From Octopus sinensis (lineage: Eukaryota): a stretch of DNA of 64,000 nt. The DNA lies in contig NC_043004.1 of the NCBI RefSeq assembly GCF_006345805.1, positions 63,488,001 to 63,552,000 of the forward strand, read 5' to 3'. A program made the translations under genes and the position numbers. Below, one piece after another: positions 38,951 to 52,753 of this stretch (position 1 is its first letter; every line of letters begins with the position of its first letter). The notes beneath the pieces are model-generated. The model had not been told where the DNA came from and ran no database searches. It saw only the letters and a list, made by a program, of their open reading frames with translations.

Positions 38951-39193
38951 CTCTTCCGTGAACGGAAATGAACACAAGTTTTGGAAAGTTGTCACAGTCG
39001 TGGTGTTCAGCACTAGATGAAGTATATGATCCCTTTTCCGGAAACTTTGCTAAAGGCCATAAGGTACATGCGCACAGCATCACGTAAGTATTGTCAAATG
39101 AAATATTTATATTTAAAATACATGATCTTGAATAACGAGGATATATATTCTGAGAATGTCTTGTAAGTAATTCAATATCGAAACAGTGTAAGA

Positions 39194-39233
<40 letters not shown>

Positions 39234-39236
<3 letters not shown>

Positions 39237-40236
39237 GTCTGTGGGATGTGTTGTGTTTGTGGTGTGGTTGTTCGAGCTAGTGTTTCAGGTGTTTGTAGCA
39301 GTGGTCGTGATGCAGTATCTGTTTCGGGTGTATTTATCTTGCTGGCTTTATTTCCACTCTACTGCTTGTGTAGCTGACCTTTGTTACTATTTGTCCATAG
39401 ATTTGTTTTCCTTTTTGTGTTTTTTCGTTTTTTGGGGGGGATAGTTTGCATTGACATATTTAGCTTGACAGCCAGCTCGTCTCTGTCCACTAGCATTTTT
39501 ACTTCCCCCTCAGAGAAGTTCACTCGCTAAAGAGATGATCTGGTAGCACCAGCGAAGGAAACGCTTGTGTTCCTCCAAACATTGCACGGGGTTCGCCTCT
39601 GAACACCCTCATCGCTGCCATCGTTGCTGTTGCTGCTGCCGTTGTTGTAGTAACCTTTGCCCTTGTTGCTGTTGTTGCTGCTGTTGATGGCCTCAAGCTT
39701 CTCGGTTTCACTAAAATCCATTTGCATTGCTTTTGTCGTTAACCGCTTCCTTGTTCTCTTCTCAGTACTGTTTGTTGTTGTACTGGCTCGTTCTTAGTAT
39801 GTTCTCTGCTTAACTTCGTACTGCAACTATTAGTGATGGTGAGAATGAAGTTACTTTTGTTTTTGTCTATCTCACTATTTTTGCTGCTATTTTTCATGCT
39901 GCTACTAGCGATGGTGGTGACGGATGTGGTGATGTTGACCCTGCTGATTTCCCGCGCTCTTTCATACTTCAAATCATTCTCATTGTTGCTGCAGCTGCCA
40001 TCGCTGTCAGACTTCGTCGCATAGGGTACAAGGTGAGATGGCGACGGAGGAAGAGGGAAATTTTCTTCACCTGAGGGATGGTTGGTGGGAGATACGGCCC
40101 CCTTCTCAATGCTGCGGTAAAGACAGATAGTTAGGCCATTTTGAATGTATGTTTGCTGTGTTTCAAAATAGTTGAGCGTTTTATGAAGGCAAAAATATTG
40201 CCCCTTACGAGGCAAAAACAACCACAGAGCACCAGG
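39234..40236 (-). other. low-complexity, possibly decayed retroelement ORF1-like segment (duplicated at ~42420-43422; similar composition at 50110-50830)
   Basis: Codon-like N/S/T/A-rich runs with stops and no diagnostic motif recognised. Confidence 0.25.
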
Positions 40237-40942
40237 GTCTGGGAATTTTAAAATCATATAATATATCATTATAACTGGAAGTGAAATAAGCAAAATAAAA
40301 ATTGGCCAACACTTTCTAATGCCAGCTTATAAAAAACGAAAATTATCCAAAAACTTACAATACTTAATCATATCAAAGGGACATGGAAATTAATTAGAAT
40401 GCTCACTTCCAGTGGCCTAACTTGTACAAATTTAGTCCAAAGACTATATATTAGTCGTAAAATACAGTGTACATTTAAACACATAAGGAATCCACTCGTG
40501 GGAATCAAAACTCTAGAAAGAACAGCTAGGTTCTATAACCATAAAATTAGGAATAAAATTCGACAGGAACGAAATGAAAAAATAAAAACATTTTACCATC
40601 TAGTTTCCTGGACTAATTGGTTTCTGATTTTAGTTTAGCAAGTAAATACCATTTACCTGCTAGGTTAAATTGTCCTCAACAGGTAAACCTTGGGTTAAAT
40701 ATATAAATACGAGGCGATCAAAACTATGCGCCTCTTGTTTATAGATCCTAATTTTTTCAAAACCTACTGCGCAGACGTAGCCCTTGGCCGGCAGTAAAAA
40801 AAAGACAACTTTTCAATCCCACGATTGGATTCCTTATGTGTTTAAATGTACAGTGTATTTTATGATTAATACATAGTCTTTGGACTAAATTTTTACAGGT
40901 TAGGCCACTGAAAGTGAAAATTTTAATTAATTTCCATTTCCT

Positions 40943-41030
<88 letters not shown>

Positions 41031-41195
41031 TGTATGTATGTATGTATGTATGTATGTATGTATGTATGTATGTATGTATGTATGAAATATAATTTTTTCT
41101 GAATCTTCAGAATTTTGATATGCTAGGTCACTGGTTTTAAATTGATATTAAGTTAATATTCAATTTTTCACACTTATTATTTAAATTTATATATA

Positions 41196-41328
<133 letters not shown>

Positions 41329-42343
41329 TTCTAAATGACTTGGGCTGCGTCTTTAAATGGTAGAGCATGACTGGGGATCAGGCAAATGATGATTCTAACT
41401 TCTGTCTACAAGCTTAGATATTAGCACGATTTTTTTCAGGAATCCCGACTCACAACTAAAGCTGCAGTTCATTACGCTACTGACATACGCGTTCAGTTCC
41501 GACATTCTCACCCACAAGAGAGAAATGGGAGGTGGAGTCGCTTAGGAAACCAACAGAAGAGTGGATTTTGTCCACAGAAATTCTAATGCAAATAGATTCC
41601 GCTTCTTCAACATAGTGAGAGAAGAGCCCTCCTGAAGACCTCGAGAAGCTCTCTAACATTAACTCATCATCTGCAAAATCCAGAACTGTAATCTTAGTGT
41701 CATAAATATTCGGACCGGAATTCGATGTTCCACCATACAGACAAGTATCCAGTCCATGCAGATATTGATCTTAGTTGGAGCATCTCCGATGGAATGCTCC
41801 GACGGAATACAGATCCAAGTAGAATTAGTCAGATGCTGACCGCAGTCCAAATTTCTTTAAGGCCACCATCGGCGCAACCACGCCATAGTTTTTCTGAACA
41901 CATCCCTGTACATCAAGAAACTTATTGATGTCGACATAACCTTCAAGCATCTCCAAACAAATGTTTCGCATAAGTTCGATGAGTATTGAGAAAGAAAGTA
42001 TCTGGTGAGTGTCATCTCTTTCGTGTAAATGCTGACTGCTGCCACTACTTAAAAAGAGGCATGTAGATTGTTTTGCTCTCTGTTGAGAACAATCGGGACG
42101 AACTTCTTACGTGAACGAAAATGAACACAAGTTTTGGAAAGTTGTCACAGTCGTGGTGTTCAGCACTAGATGAAGTATATGATCCCTTTCCGGAGACTTT
42201 GCTAAATGCCATAAGGTACATGCGCACAGCATCACGTAAGTATTGTCAAATGAAATATTTATATTTAAAATACACTGATCTTGAATAACGAGGATATATA
42301 TTCTGAGAATGTCTTGTAAGTAATTCAATATCGAAACAGTGTA

Positions 42344-42420
<77 letters not shown>

Positions 42421-43541
42421 TTGTGTGTGTGGGATGGGTGTGTGTTGTGGTGTGGTTGTTTGAGCTAGTGTTTCAGGTGTTTGTAGCAGTGGTCGTGATG
42501 CAGTATCTGTTTCGGGTGTAATTATCTTGCTGGCTTTATTTCCACTCTACTGTTGGTGTAGCTGACGTTTGTTACTATTTGTCCATAGATTTGTTTTCGT
42601 TTTTGTGTTTTTTCGTTTTTTCGGGGGATAATTTCCATTGACATATTTAGCTTGGCAGCCAGCTCGTCTCTGTCCACTAGCATTTTTACTTCCCCCTCAG
42701 AGAAGTTCACTCGCTAAAGAGATGATCTGGTAGCACCAGCGAAGGAAACGCTTGTGTTCCTCCAAGCATTGCACGGAGTCGCCTCTGAACACCCTCATCG
42801 CTGCCATCGTTGCTGTTGCTGCTGCCGTTGCTGTAGTAGTCTTTGCCATTGTTCCAGCTGTTGCTGCTGTTGATGGCCTCAAGCTTCTCGGTTTCACTAA
42901 AATCCATTTGCATTGCTTTTGTCGTTAACCGCTCCCCTGTTCTTATCTCAGTACTGTTTTTGGTTGTACTGGCTCGTTCTTAGTATGTTCTCTGCTTAAC
43001 TTCGTACTGCAACTATTAGTGATGGTGAGAATAAAGTTACTTTTGTTTTTGTCTATCTCACTATTTTTGCTGCTATTTTTCTTGCTGCTACTAGCGATGG
43101 TGGTGGCGGATGTGGTGATGTTGACCCTGCTGATTTCCCGCGCTCTTTCATACTTCAGATCATTCTCATTGTTGCTGCAGTTGTCATCGCTGACAGACTT
43201 CGTCGCATAGGGTACAAGGTAAGATGGCGACGGAGGAAGAGGGAAATTTTCTTCACCTGAGGGATGGTTGGTGGGAGATACGGCCCCCTTCTCAATGCTG
43301 CGGTAATGACAGATAGTTAGGCCATTTTGAATGTATGTTTGCTGTGTTTCAAAATAGTTGAGCGTTTTATGAAGGCAAAAATATTGCCCCTTACGAGGCA
43401 AAAACAACCACAGAGCACCAGGCAAGAGATTCCTGGTGTTCCAAACAACGAGTTGAAACAAACACTAACCACCAAAAACAATAATTATAACACACATTTA
43501 CGTAGCCTCTTCGTAAACATGTGCATACAATTCCACAGCAA

Positions 43542-43578
<37 letters not shown>

Positions 43579-43591
43579 CATCATCATCATC

Positions 43592-46109
43592 GTTTAGCGT
43601 CCGCTTTCCATGCTAGCATGGGTTGGACGGTTCAACTTGTTTCTGGGAAGCCAGTCTGATCTGGCAATGTTTCTACGGCTGGATGCCCTTCCGAACGCCA
43701 ACCACTCCATGAGTGTAGTGAGTGCTTTTTACGTGCCACCGGCACAGGTGCCAGACAAGTCTGGCAAACGGCCACAATCAGATGGTGCTTTTTATGTGCC
43801 ACCGGCACAATGGCCAGGCGAGGCTGGCAACCGCCACGAACGGATGGTGCTTTTTACGTGCCACCGGCACGAGGCCAGATGGGACGGCGCTGGCAACGGC
43901 CACGTTCGGATGGTTCTCTTACATGCCACCGGCACTGGAATCTCAGCTGCAATTTCCATTGATCGATTCTGATTCTGATTCTGACTTGCCTCAACAGGTC
44001 TTCACAAGTAGAGTTTTGTGTCCCACGAAGGGAAGATATGCATAAGTGGACTGGCTACATCTCGTGTAGAAGGCCACGGGTTATGGTCTCACTTGTCTTC
44101 CCAGGTCTTCTTACGCACAGCATACTTCCAGAGGTCTTTGTCTCTAGTCATTTCCTCAGTGAGACCTAAAGTTCGAAGGTCGTGCTTCACCACCTCGTCT
44201 CAGGTTTTCCTGGGTCTGCCTCTTCCACAGGTTCCCTCAACTGCTAGGGTGTGGCACTTTTTCACACAACTATCTTCATCCATTCTCGCCACATGACCAT
44301 ACCAGCGCAAACGTCTCTCTTGCAAACCAAATCTGATGCTTCTTAGGCCCAGCTTTTCCCTCAAGGTACTTACACTCTGTCGAGTATGAACACTGACATT
44401 ACACATCCATCGGAGCATACTGCCTTCATTTCTTGCAAGCTTACGCATATCCTCAGAAGTCACGGCCCATGTTTCACTGCCATGTAGCATGGCTGTTCGT
44501 ACACACGCGTCCAACAGTCTGCCTTTTACTCTGAGCGAGAGGCCTTTTGTCACCAGCAGAGATAAGAGCTCTCTGAACTTTGCCCAAGCTATTCTTACTC
44601 TAGCAGTTACACTTTCAGCACACCCGCTCTCGCTACTGACTTGGTCACCTAGGTAACAGCAGCTATCAACTATTTCTAGTTTTTCTCCCTGGAAAGTGGC
44701 AGAAGTTGGTCTCAGATTATTTTCAGTGTTTATTGCTCCTGAGCCTCTGCCACATACACAAACTATCTTCCTAGTTAGCCTTCCTTTGACATTGCTGCAC
44801 CTCTTATGTGTCCATAGCTTACACTTAGTGCATCTTATAGAGATTCTACCTACACCTTTTCTACAGATCGAGCAGGGCCATCTACCTGAAGGCGTTTGTG
44901 ATTTGTCTACCTTCTTATTTATTAGGACTTTGGTTTTAGCTAGATTGACTCTAAGCCCTTCGATTCTAATCCTTGCTTCCACACCTGAAACTTCTCCAGT
45001 TCAGGTAGTGACTCAGCAATTAGAGCCAGGTCATCAGCATAGAGGAGCTCCCAGGGGCATCCTGTCTTGAATTCCTCCGTTATTGCCTGGAGGACTATGA
45101 TAAATAGGAGGGACCTGAGGACTGAGCCTTGGTGGACCCCTACCTCTACCCGGAATTCTTCACTGTACTGGTTGCCAACCCTCAACTTACTAGCAGCGTC
45201 CCTGTACATGGCTCGCACAGCTCTCACTAACCATTCATCTATCCCTAGTTTCCTCATTGACCAGCAGATAAGGGATCGGGGGAACCCTGTCGAAGGCTTT
45301 CTCCATGTCAACAAAAGCCAGGTACAGGGGCTTATCATTGGCTAGGTATTTCTCCTGCAGCTGCCTTACCAGGAATATAGCATCAGTGGTACTTTTCCCT
45401 GGCACGAACCCAAACTGCATCTCATCTAAACTAACTCTCTCTCTAATTAGTTGGGCTATGACCCTCTCCGTAACCTTCATTACCTGATCCAACAGCTTGA
45501 TACCTCTGTAATTATTTGTATCTAGGGCGTCACCTTTACCTTTGTAGCAGTTGACTATTATGCTGCTACACCAGTCATTGGGTATGACTCTTTTGTGTAT
45601 CACCTGATTAACTATAAGGGTGACTAGGCTATAGCCGACACTACCAGATATTTTGAGCATCTCTCCAGTGATACCTGATGGGCTTTCCCTGTCTTCATTC
45701 TTCTAATTGCCTTACCTACCAAGAAACTGTCAACTCGGATAGCTGGTCCCTCTGTTGGGTCATCATTCGGCAGACTCTCTTTATCCCATTCATTTTCTTT
45801 ATTCAGCAACATTTCATAGTGGCGTCTCCAAACCTCTCTCTTTGCATCCTCATTTAGCGCAAGTGAACCATTTTCCATGCGAACACACTTCTCTCCTACC
45901 ACATCACAATCTCTCTCTTGCAACACGAAACACCTCCAGTCTTTGGTCCTCACGGCGCAGAACATTGGACCTGTTTTAGACCTCTAGCTTCCCTTTTTGC
46001 AGTCTGATACAATTCCCTGCTACCACCATTCTTGCAGTCCTTCCAAGCCTGTCTCTTTCTCTAATAGCCCTGTCTACAACATTGTTCCACCACCACGTTA
46101 CCTTGGGAC

Positions 46110-46110
<1 letters not shown>
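43592..46110 (-). mobile_element. 5'-truncated RTE-clade LINE with a Cys-rich insert in the RT region
   Basis: WWWNNVV, NNYRGIKLL, FVDMEKAFD, GVHQGSVL, ELLYADD, LRVNLAKTK, CSICRKGVG..CTKCKLWTHKRC and RRLRWYGHV across several frames. The 3' tail is (GAT)n/(TTA)n. Confidence 0.88.
43722..43935. repeat. four 62-66 bp units in the RTE 3' UTR, each with a conserved box and hairpins
   Basis: (AT)GGTGCTTTTTACGTGCCACCGGCAC at 43722, 43782, 43844 and 43910, separated by related but variable GCCAG..CTGGC segments. Confidence 0.85.
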
Positions 46111-46166
<56 letters not shown>

Positions 46167-49100
46167 GGGGAGCCTAATGATTATGATAATATAAAAAATA
46201 AAATAATCAAAGAACTAAAAACCACAGAGCTCAAAATGGACCACCGACCATACCTCCCAAAAATAAAAATAAACGCAATAACAACACCAATTATAAACAG
46301 CATAAACCTAGCCGTCACTGAACTAGCCACTGAAACAAAAAAAAAGTGATATCACTGAACTAAATGACTTGATATACGCAGCAGCCACTGCAGCCACAAA
46401 AGAAGCTGGATACTCACCCAAACCCGCCCAAATAGGAGTACCACCACCCAAACAAACCCTGTGGATAAATAACATCCAAAACAAAATTTAAAAAATTAGA
46501 AAAGACCTGTCGATTCTTAATGAAATCAGCAAACAAGCAACGCTACTGAGCAACAAAAAGAGAACAAAAATGCTCCGCAAATATAACATCACAGAAAAAG
46601 ATTTGCCGGAGATAAAAGAAAAGCTGAAGCATGATATCCTTGCCAAAGCTCAAAGGATCCGCCGGTACGAGAAACGCCAACGCTTCTTTGAACAGAACAA
46701 AAAGTTCAACTCCGACCCCAAAAAGTTCTGCCAAGAACTGGGCAAAAATAAAATAGAAGTCACTGCAGCACCAACGGCAGAAAAATTGAAAGAATTCTGG
46801 AAAGAAATATGGTCGGCGAACGAACAGCCAAAAAAAAGGAGTATGAAAATAACAAACTCGGCATCTGAACAACTTTGGACCCCCATAACAACTGAAGAGG
46901 TCACCCAGGCACTGCAAAAACTAAGCAACTGGAAGGCACCTGGGCATGACAAGATCCCCAACTTCTGGTTGAAATATCTAACAGGAATGCACAAAAAGCT
47001 GGCTGAAAACTTTAACAACATACTAGCAGAGCCAGAGACAATGCCTGAATGGCTCACGAAGGGGAAAACCATCTTAATTCCCAAATCAAATGAAACAACA
47101 AAACCAGAAAACTACAGACCAACAACCTGCCTCCCTACTATGTTCAAGGCATTTACTGCAGTGATATCGCAAAGTCTGAACAAGCACCTGGACGAAAACA
47201 AACTGTTCCCAGAAGAGCAGAAAGGATGCCGCAAGGGCTCATATGGCTGTAAAGTTCAACTAATGATTAATAAAGCCGTAACTGAAGACAGCCACAGAAA
47301 GAAGAAAGGCCTCAGTATGGCCTGGATTGACTACAAAAAGGCGTTTGATAGCATCCCCCACACATGGATCCTCGAAACACTAGCCATTAACAAAGTAGCA
47401 CCAACAATCATAAAATTCATAGAGCACTCTATGAATAAATGGCAAACAGTCCTACATCTCCAAACAAAAGAAGGACTCATGAAAACCAAAGACATCCCCA
47501 TTAGAAGAGGAATATTCCACCTCTATCTGATATGCTAAATAGAACTGGATGCGGATATAAATGTTACGGCAAAACGATCAGCCACCTTTTATATATGGAT
47601 GACCTAAAACTATACGCTGCAAATGACAAACAGCTGGAAACACTATTAAAGACAGTTCATGGATTTACCAAAGAAATAGATATGAAATTTGGATTTAAAA
47701 AATGCGCCAAAGTAACCATGAAAAGAGGAAAACTAGTTAAGAGTAACAACATCACACTAGATAAAACCAATGAAATAAAAGAATTAGACCAAAGCCAAAC
47801 TTACAAATACTTAGGAATCCATGAACTAGATAAGACATAACACACACAAATGAAAGAGAAAATAAAAAAAGAATATTATAGACGAGTTAGATCAATACTA
47901 AAAACAGAGCTCAATGCTAAAAACAAGATAATAGGTATCAACACTTTAGCTGTCCCAGTTATAAGTTACAGCTACAATATCCTTAACTGGACACGAAATG
48001 AACTGTCCAAAATAGATAGGAAAACAAGAAAAATACTGACAAGATCTAGGATGCATCACCCAAAATCTGACATAGAAAGACTATATATACAACGTATAGA
48101 AGGTGGTAGAGGCCTTATACAGCTGGAAAACTACTATAAAATAACCACCATAGGACTGCAAAAATACCTACTTCAGAAGGAAGGAAAACTGATCCAGATA
48201 GCGGCAAAACACGAGCAAAACAAAAAACTGTTCTCAGTATTTAAGGAAGCTGACAAATACAAACAAGAAATCATACCACCTAATAAACACAAAGAAGAAG
48301 AAGAAGAAGAAGAAGAAGAAGAAGAAGAAGAAGATGAAGAAACAACAAAAGCTATAAAACAAATGAAATCCAAACTAAAAATAGAACAGCAACGAGCCAT
48401 GATAAAACGATGTCAAGAAAAGCCCCTTCATGGTAAATACTGCACTAAACTAAACGCAAAAGAAATAGACAAAGAAAAATCCCAGCAATGGTTGAGAAGC
48501 TCAGGACTCAAAGCAGAGACAGAGGGATTTTTAATTGCAGCACAAGACCAAAGCCTCCCCACCAGAAATTACCAAAAACATGTAATGAAAAGAAATATTA
48601 CAAGTAACTGCAGAATATGTGGAGATGGACAAGAAACAATAAATCATATTATCTCTAGCTGCCCAGTCCTGGCTAAGAAGGAATATATTCACAGACATTA
48701 CAGAGTTGGAACCTACATACATTGGAAGCTATGCCAACATTATGGAATAACAACAGAAAAAAGATGGTATAGGCACGCACCAGAAAAGGTCACAGAAAAC
48801 GAGAAAGCAACCATACTCTGGGATATGCCGATACACACAGAAATTAAGGCCAACAGACCAGATATAGTTGTCAGAGATCATGAAGAAAATAAATGCTTTC
48901 TAATTGATGTATCAATACCGGCAGATGACAACGTGTCTCTAAAAGAAATGGAGAAACTCTCAAAATACAAAGACCTGGAAATAGAGGTAACTAGAATGTG
49001 GAACCTGAAAACAGAAAAAAATCCTATCATAGTAGGTGCATTTGGCATGATAAAAAAATATTCAGACAAATACATAACAAAAACACCAGGACTTACAAAC

Positions 49101-49266
49101 ACATATAACATACAGAAAATTGCACTACTAGGCACTGCACACATCCTACGCAGAACACATTCCATACAATAACCATCAGAGCATCACAACAAATCACAGC
49201 ACATACCCAAGGCACACAGAGCGGCGCTCGGTAGTGAAGTGAAAGCACGCTATAAAAATAAAACTA

Positions 49267-49269
<3 letters not shown>
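46167..49269 (+). mobile_element. R4/Dong-clade non-LTR retrotransposon with restriction-like endonuclease, inactivated
   Basis: RT (WKAPGHDKI, NYRPTTCL, AWIDYKKAFDS, HLLYMDDLKL), CCHC (CRICG..ETINHIISSC) and RPDIVV..CFLIDVS (PD-D/ExK). An internal deletion follows RRGIF. Flanked on both sides by (AAT)n. Confidence 0.9.
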
Positions 49270-49349
<80 letters not shown>

Positions 49350-49359
49350 TAATAATGAT

Positions 49360-49480
49360 GATTATACACTTATAAAAATCATCATTGCTTGGAACTACAA
49401 GAATTGTTCGCAGTGTTCTCCAAGCATGTCCAGTTAACATATGTAACCTTAATCTGCTGGCTGAGATCAACTGACATTTT
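49360..49480 (+). mobile_element. short 3'-terminal fragment of another R4-like element
   Basis: LLGTTRIVRSVL resembles the terminal LLGTAHILRRT of the upstream element, and it follows the (AAT)n tract. Confidence 0.4.
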
Positions 49481-49769
49481 CCATCATACTCAGCAAAATA
49501 CGCGGTGAGTTTTCATATATGGAAGCACTCCGTTGGTTACGACGATGAGGGTTCCGGTTGATCCGAATCAACGGAACAGCCTGCTCGTGAAATTAACGTG
49601 TAAGTGGCTGAGCACTCTACAGACACGTGCACCCTTTACGTAGTTCTCGGGGATATTCAGCGTGACACAGAGAGTGACATAGCCGGCCCCTTGAAATACA
49701 GGTACAACTAGTTTTCATATAACAACGTCAACAACAATAATAATATATATTATTTATTTTATTTACATT

Positions 49770-50100
49770 CGACGATATTTGTCCTCATCTTGTTTGTTGT
49801 TGATGTAACCTCAAGCTCAATAACCATCTGTTAAGCAACAACTAACCCCAAAGTCTACTATCCACTCCAATTATGAAGAAGAGAGAGGATGAGGCCAACA
49901 AACTTTCCACAGACTGTCTACTCTATGTCAAAGGCCTCTCCGAAAAGATACAAAAGATATGCGGCCCATATGACATCAGGACAGTATTCAAGAGTAATAC
50001 AACACTTCACAAATATCTCCTTCGAGTAAAACCAACAATAGAAGAGAATATGACCAAAGACTTTGTGTACTCCATCCCTTGCAGCTATGGTAGGTTATAG
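49770..50100 (+). mobile_element. PLE (Penelope/Poseidon-like) linker and start of GIY-YIG, fragment
   Basis: LYVKGLSEKIQKICGPYDIRTVFKSNTTLHKYL...VYSIPCSYG. Confidence 0.7.
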
Positions 50101-51395
50101 AAAGGGGTTGGGGACGGTTATTGTGTCATGTTGCTACTATTTCTTGCTGCTTGCACGAGCGGTTCGTTGTACAGCCTTTTGTTTATAACATTTCTGAAGA
50201 CCGCCAACTTATTTTGTTTTTATTTTGCTGTATATGTTGTGTTAGTTTAGCAGGAATGTTATGCGTGGCTGTGTTTGTGATATCTGAATTTTATGTGTGG
50301 TTGTGCTTGTGATATCTGAATGGTGTTGTATGTGTGCCATTAATTCCATATTGCTTGTGTTTATTGCTGTGTAGTTGCTGGTTCGAGTTATGTGTGAGAA
50401 CTGGGTTGTTTTGATTGGTACTGATGCTGTTGTTTTGGTTGCTGTTTTGTGTGTGGAAAGCATAGATGTCAGTGAATTGATTATTTTGTTTGCTGCTGTT
50501 GCTTTCGCTGTTGTTTTTGTTGTTGTTGTTGCTGTTGCCCCTTGCCGATGCTGCTGTAATTTGTGTTACTGTTGCTGTTGCGTTTTTTGCTCCAGTGGCC
50601 ATCTGTCTCTGCTAGTACTGTTCTTGTCGCATTTGTTGCAGCTGCTGATGTTGTTGTTGTTGTACGGTTCTTTTATTCCTGCTACTGTTGTAGCTGTTGT
50701 TGTTGTATTCGTGGTGTCTGCAGCTGTGCAGCTACCGGCTGGATACTCTGTCGCAGCTACCGGCTGGATACCCCGCTTGTGCCGATGCGGAACTTGTCTA
50801 AAAGTAGCGGGTCATTCAGATATTTTGATTGTCTAAGGCAGAAAGCCTTTAAATGGTTTGTTTGGCAACACATGTGACATCTGGACTTTTCTACCGCTAG
50901 CTGCAGGGATCTTGATGAAATCTGGAATCTCTTGTGCGGTTGCTAAATCTGCATGCAATAAGATTTCCATCCCTCTACCACACCAATTTTCTCTTTTGCG
51001 CCTCCGTGTTTGAAAACTTTTACATCTCCCCTCCATGCCATACACCGTGGCTGCTCTCCGTAAGGATATGTTTACTTCTGGTAGCACCTTCTCAGCCTTC
51101 GCAATTTACTCATATGCATCACATTCAGAGCTTTGTTGCTAATTTAGTTCTCAACAAAATTGAAAACTCTAAAATTTATTGGAAAGGACAGGTCCCTAGC
51201 TACATTTCGGCATAAAAACAGATTGTGTCTAGTATAAAAAAAGATTACTTCAAAAGTTGTAGCAACATTTTGACCTGATCTTATTTGGCTCTTTCTATCT
51301 TGCTCAATTCCAATGATATACATCTTTATATTATTGTTCTCTGTCGTGAGATAATGTAATCCCTCGTCTTTCTCTGATTGTCTGTGTGTTTGCAG

Positions 51396-51452
51396 AATTA
51401 TTGGAAAACGGATGAACTGGTTTTCACTAATGTTGGCAGCAATACTTATTCG
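51396..51452 (+). CDS. candidate exon with the start of a signal-peptide-like sequence (ATG at 51412)
   Basis: Pyrimidine-rich tract, then tttgcag|...|gtaagt. Frame reads MNWFSLMLAAILI(R) and ends in phase 2. Confidence 0.45.
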
Positions 51453-52160
51453 GTAAGTGGCTCAAAATGATGAAAATATGGTTTGATTATCTTAAAAACT
51501 GGCGGACGTGTGAATCAAAATGTTGTCATAGTGCAGATATTTTGAGAAATAATTTATGTGTACGCAGCTATGCATTGTTTTGTTCTCAGTACTAGAATCT
51601 ATTACTAGCGCATAAAAAACATAATTTATATGTATTAAATACAATGATTACTACCCTGGTGACGGAGTCTCGATTCCTTTACGGCATGCATATTGTGTGC
51701 GTTACATCTACCAACATTATGACTGACCTCAGAACACATCGAAATAGCTATTGGATTTATAACATTGAACGTCCTCCCCTTTAATTTTCTCATTTGCACT
51801 CATTGTAAATATGATCCATATACATTTAATTATACTTCAATATGCATCGTCGGAAAGCCTTCACATTTAGCTTTCTTTAAATGTGCATGCATACATATAT
51901 GCATATTTTGTGTTTAACACCAATGCTATTATAATTATCATACGTAATTTGTTTATCCGTATAATTGTTTCCATATCCGCTCAAATTGATCCCTCTTCTA
52001 GCCATTCTTTACACAGCGCAATTGATCACCCATAAAGACATCGGAGTATAAGTTTGCAGGATTTGAACCCTATCAAATTCTTTCTATACTGAGAATCTCT
52101 GGATCTCATATCTTGATTATATATGTATCTATAAGCATATATATATTTAGATATATATTC

Positions 52161-52218
<58 letters not shown>

Positions 52219-52279
52219 GATATATTGGATAGATATTATCCCTTAGTTGGTTGGATTCACAACCTCTAACTCTCTTGGA

Positions 52280-52326
<47 letters not shown>

Positions 52327-52717
52327 CAACTTATAGACATTATATTATGTCTATCTATTCTTAGAAAACAAAACAATTATAACAATATACAAAGCATAAT
52401 ATGTTATACATGTATGTATATTGTTATAATTGTTTGATTTTTAAATAAATAAATAGACATAAAATAATGTCTAAAATTTGATAAATACCACCACTAAATC
52501 CCCTCCATTTACTTATTGCCGTAAGAATTAAGGGTAAAACAATTTTTACCCTCACCCATGTGTTACATTCGAAAAACCACTTGTGTATTAATAATTGAGT
52601 ATACCAGCAGTATATTGGATAGATATTATCCCTTAGTTGGTTGGATTCACAACCTCTAACTCTCTTGGACTTATATATATATATATATATTAGTATTAGT
52701 ATAGATATTATAGTATG

Positions 52718-52753
<36 letters not shown>

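Noticed and set aside
43722-43935. CRISPR-like repeat/spacer appearance
   Set aside because: The context is a eukaryotic LINE 3' UTR, the spacers are homologous to one another, and there are no cas genes.
52221-52685. Exact ~65-bp direct repeat 390 bp apart
   Set aside because: Both copies end in (TA)n, so slippage or a local assembly effect is the likely cause, and no function is evident.
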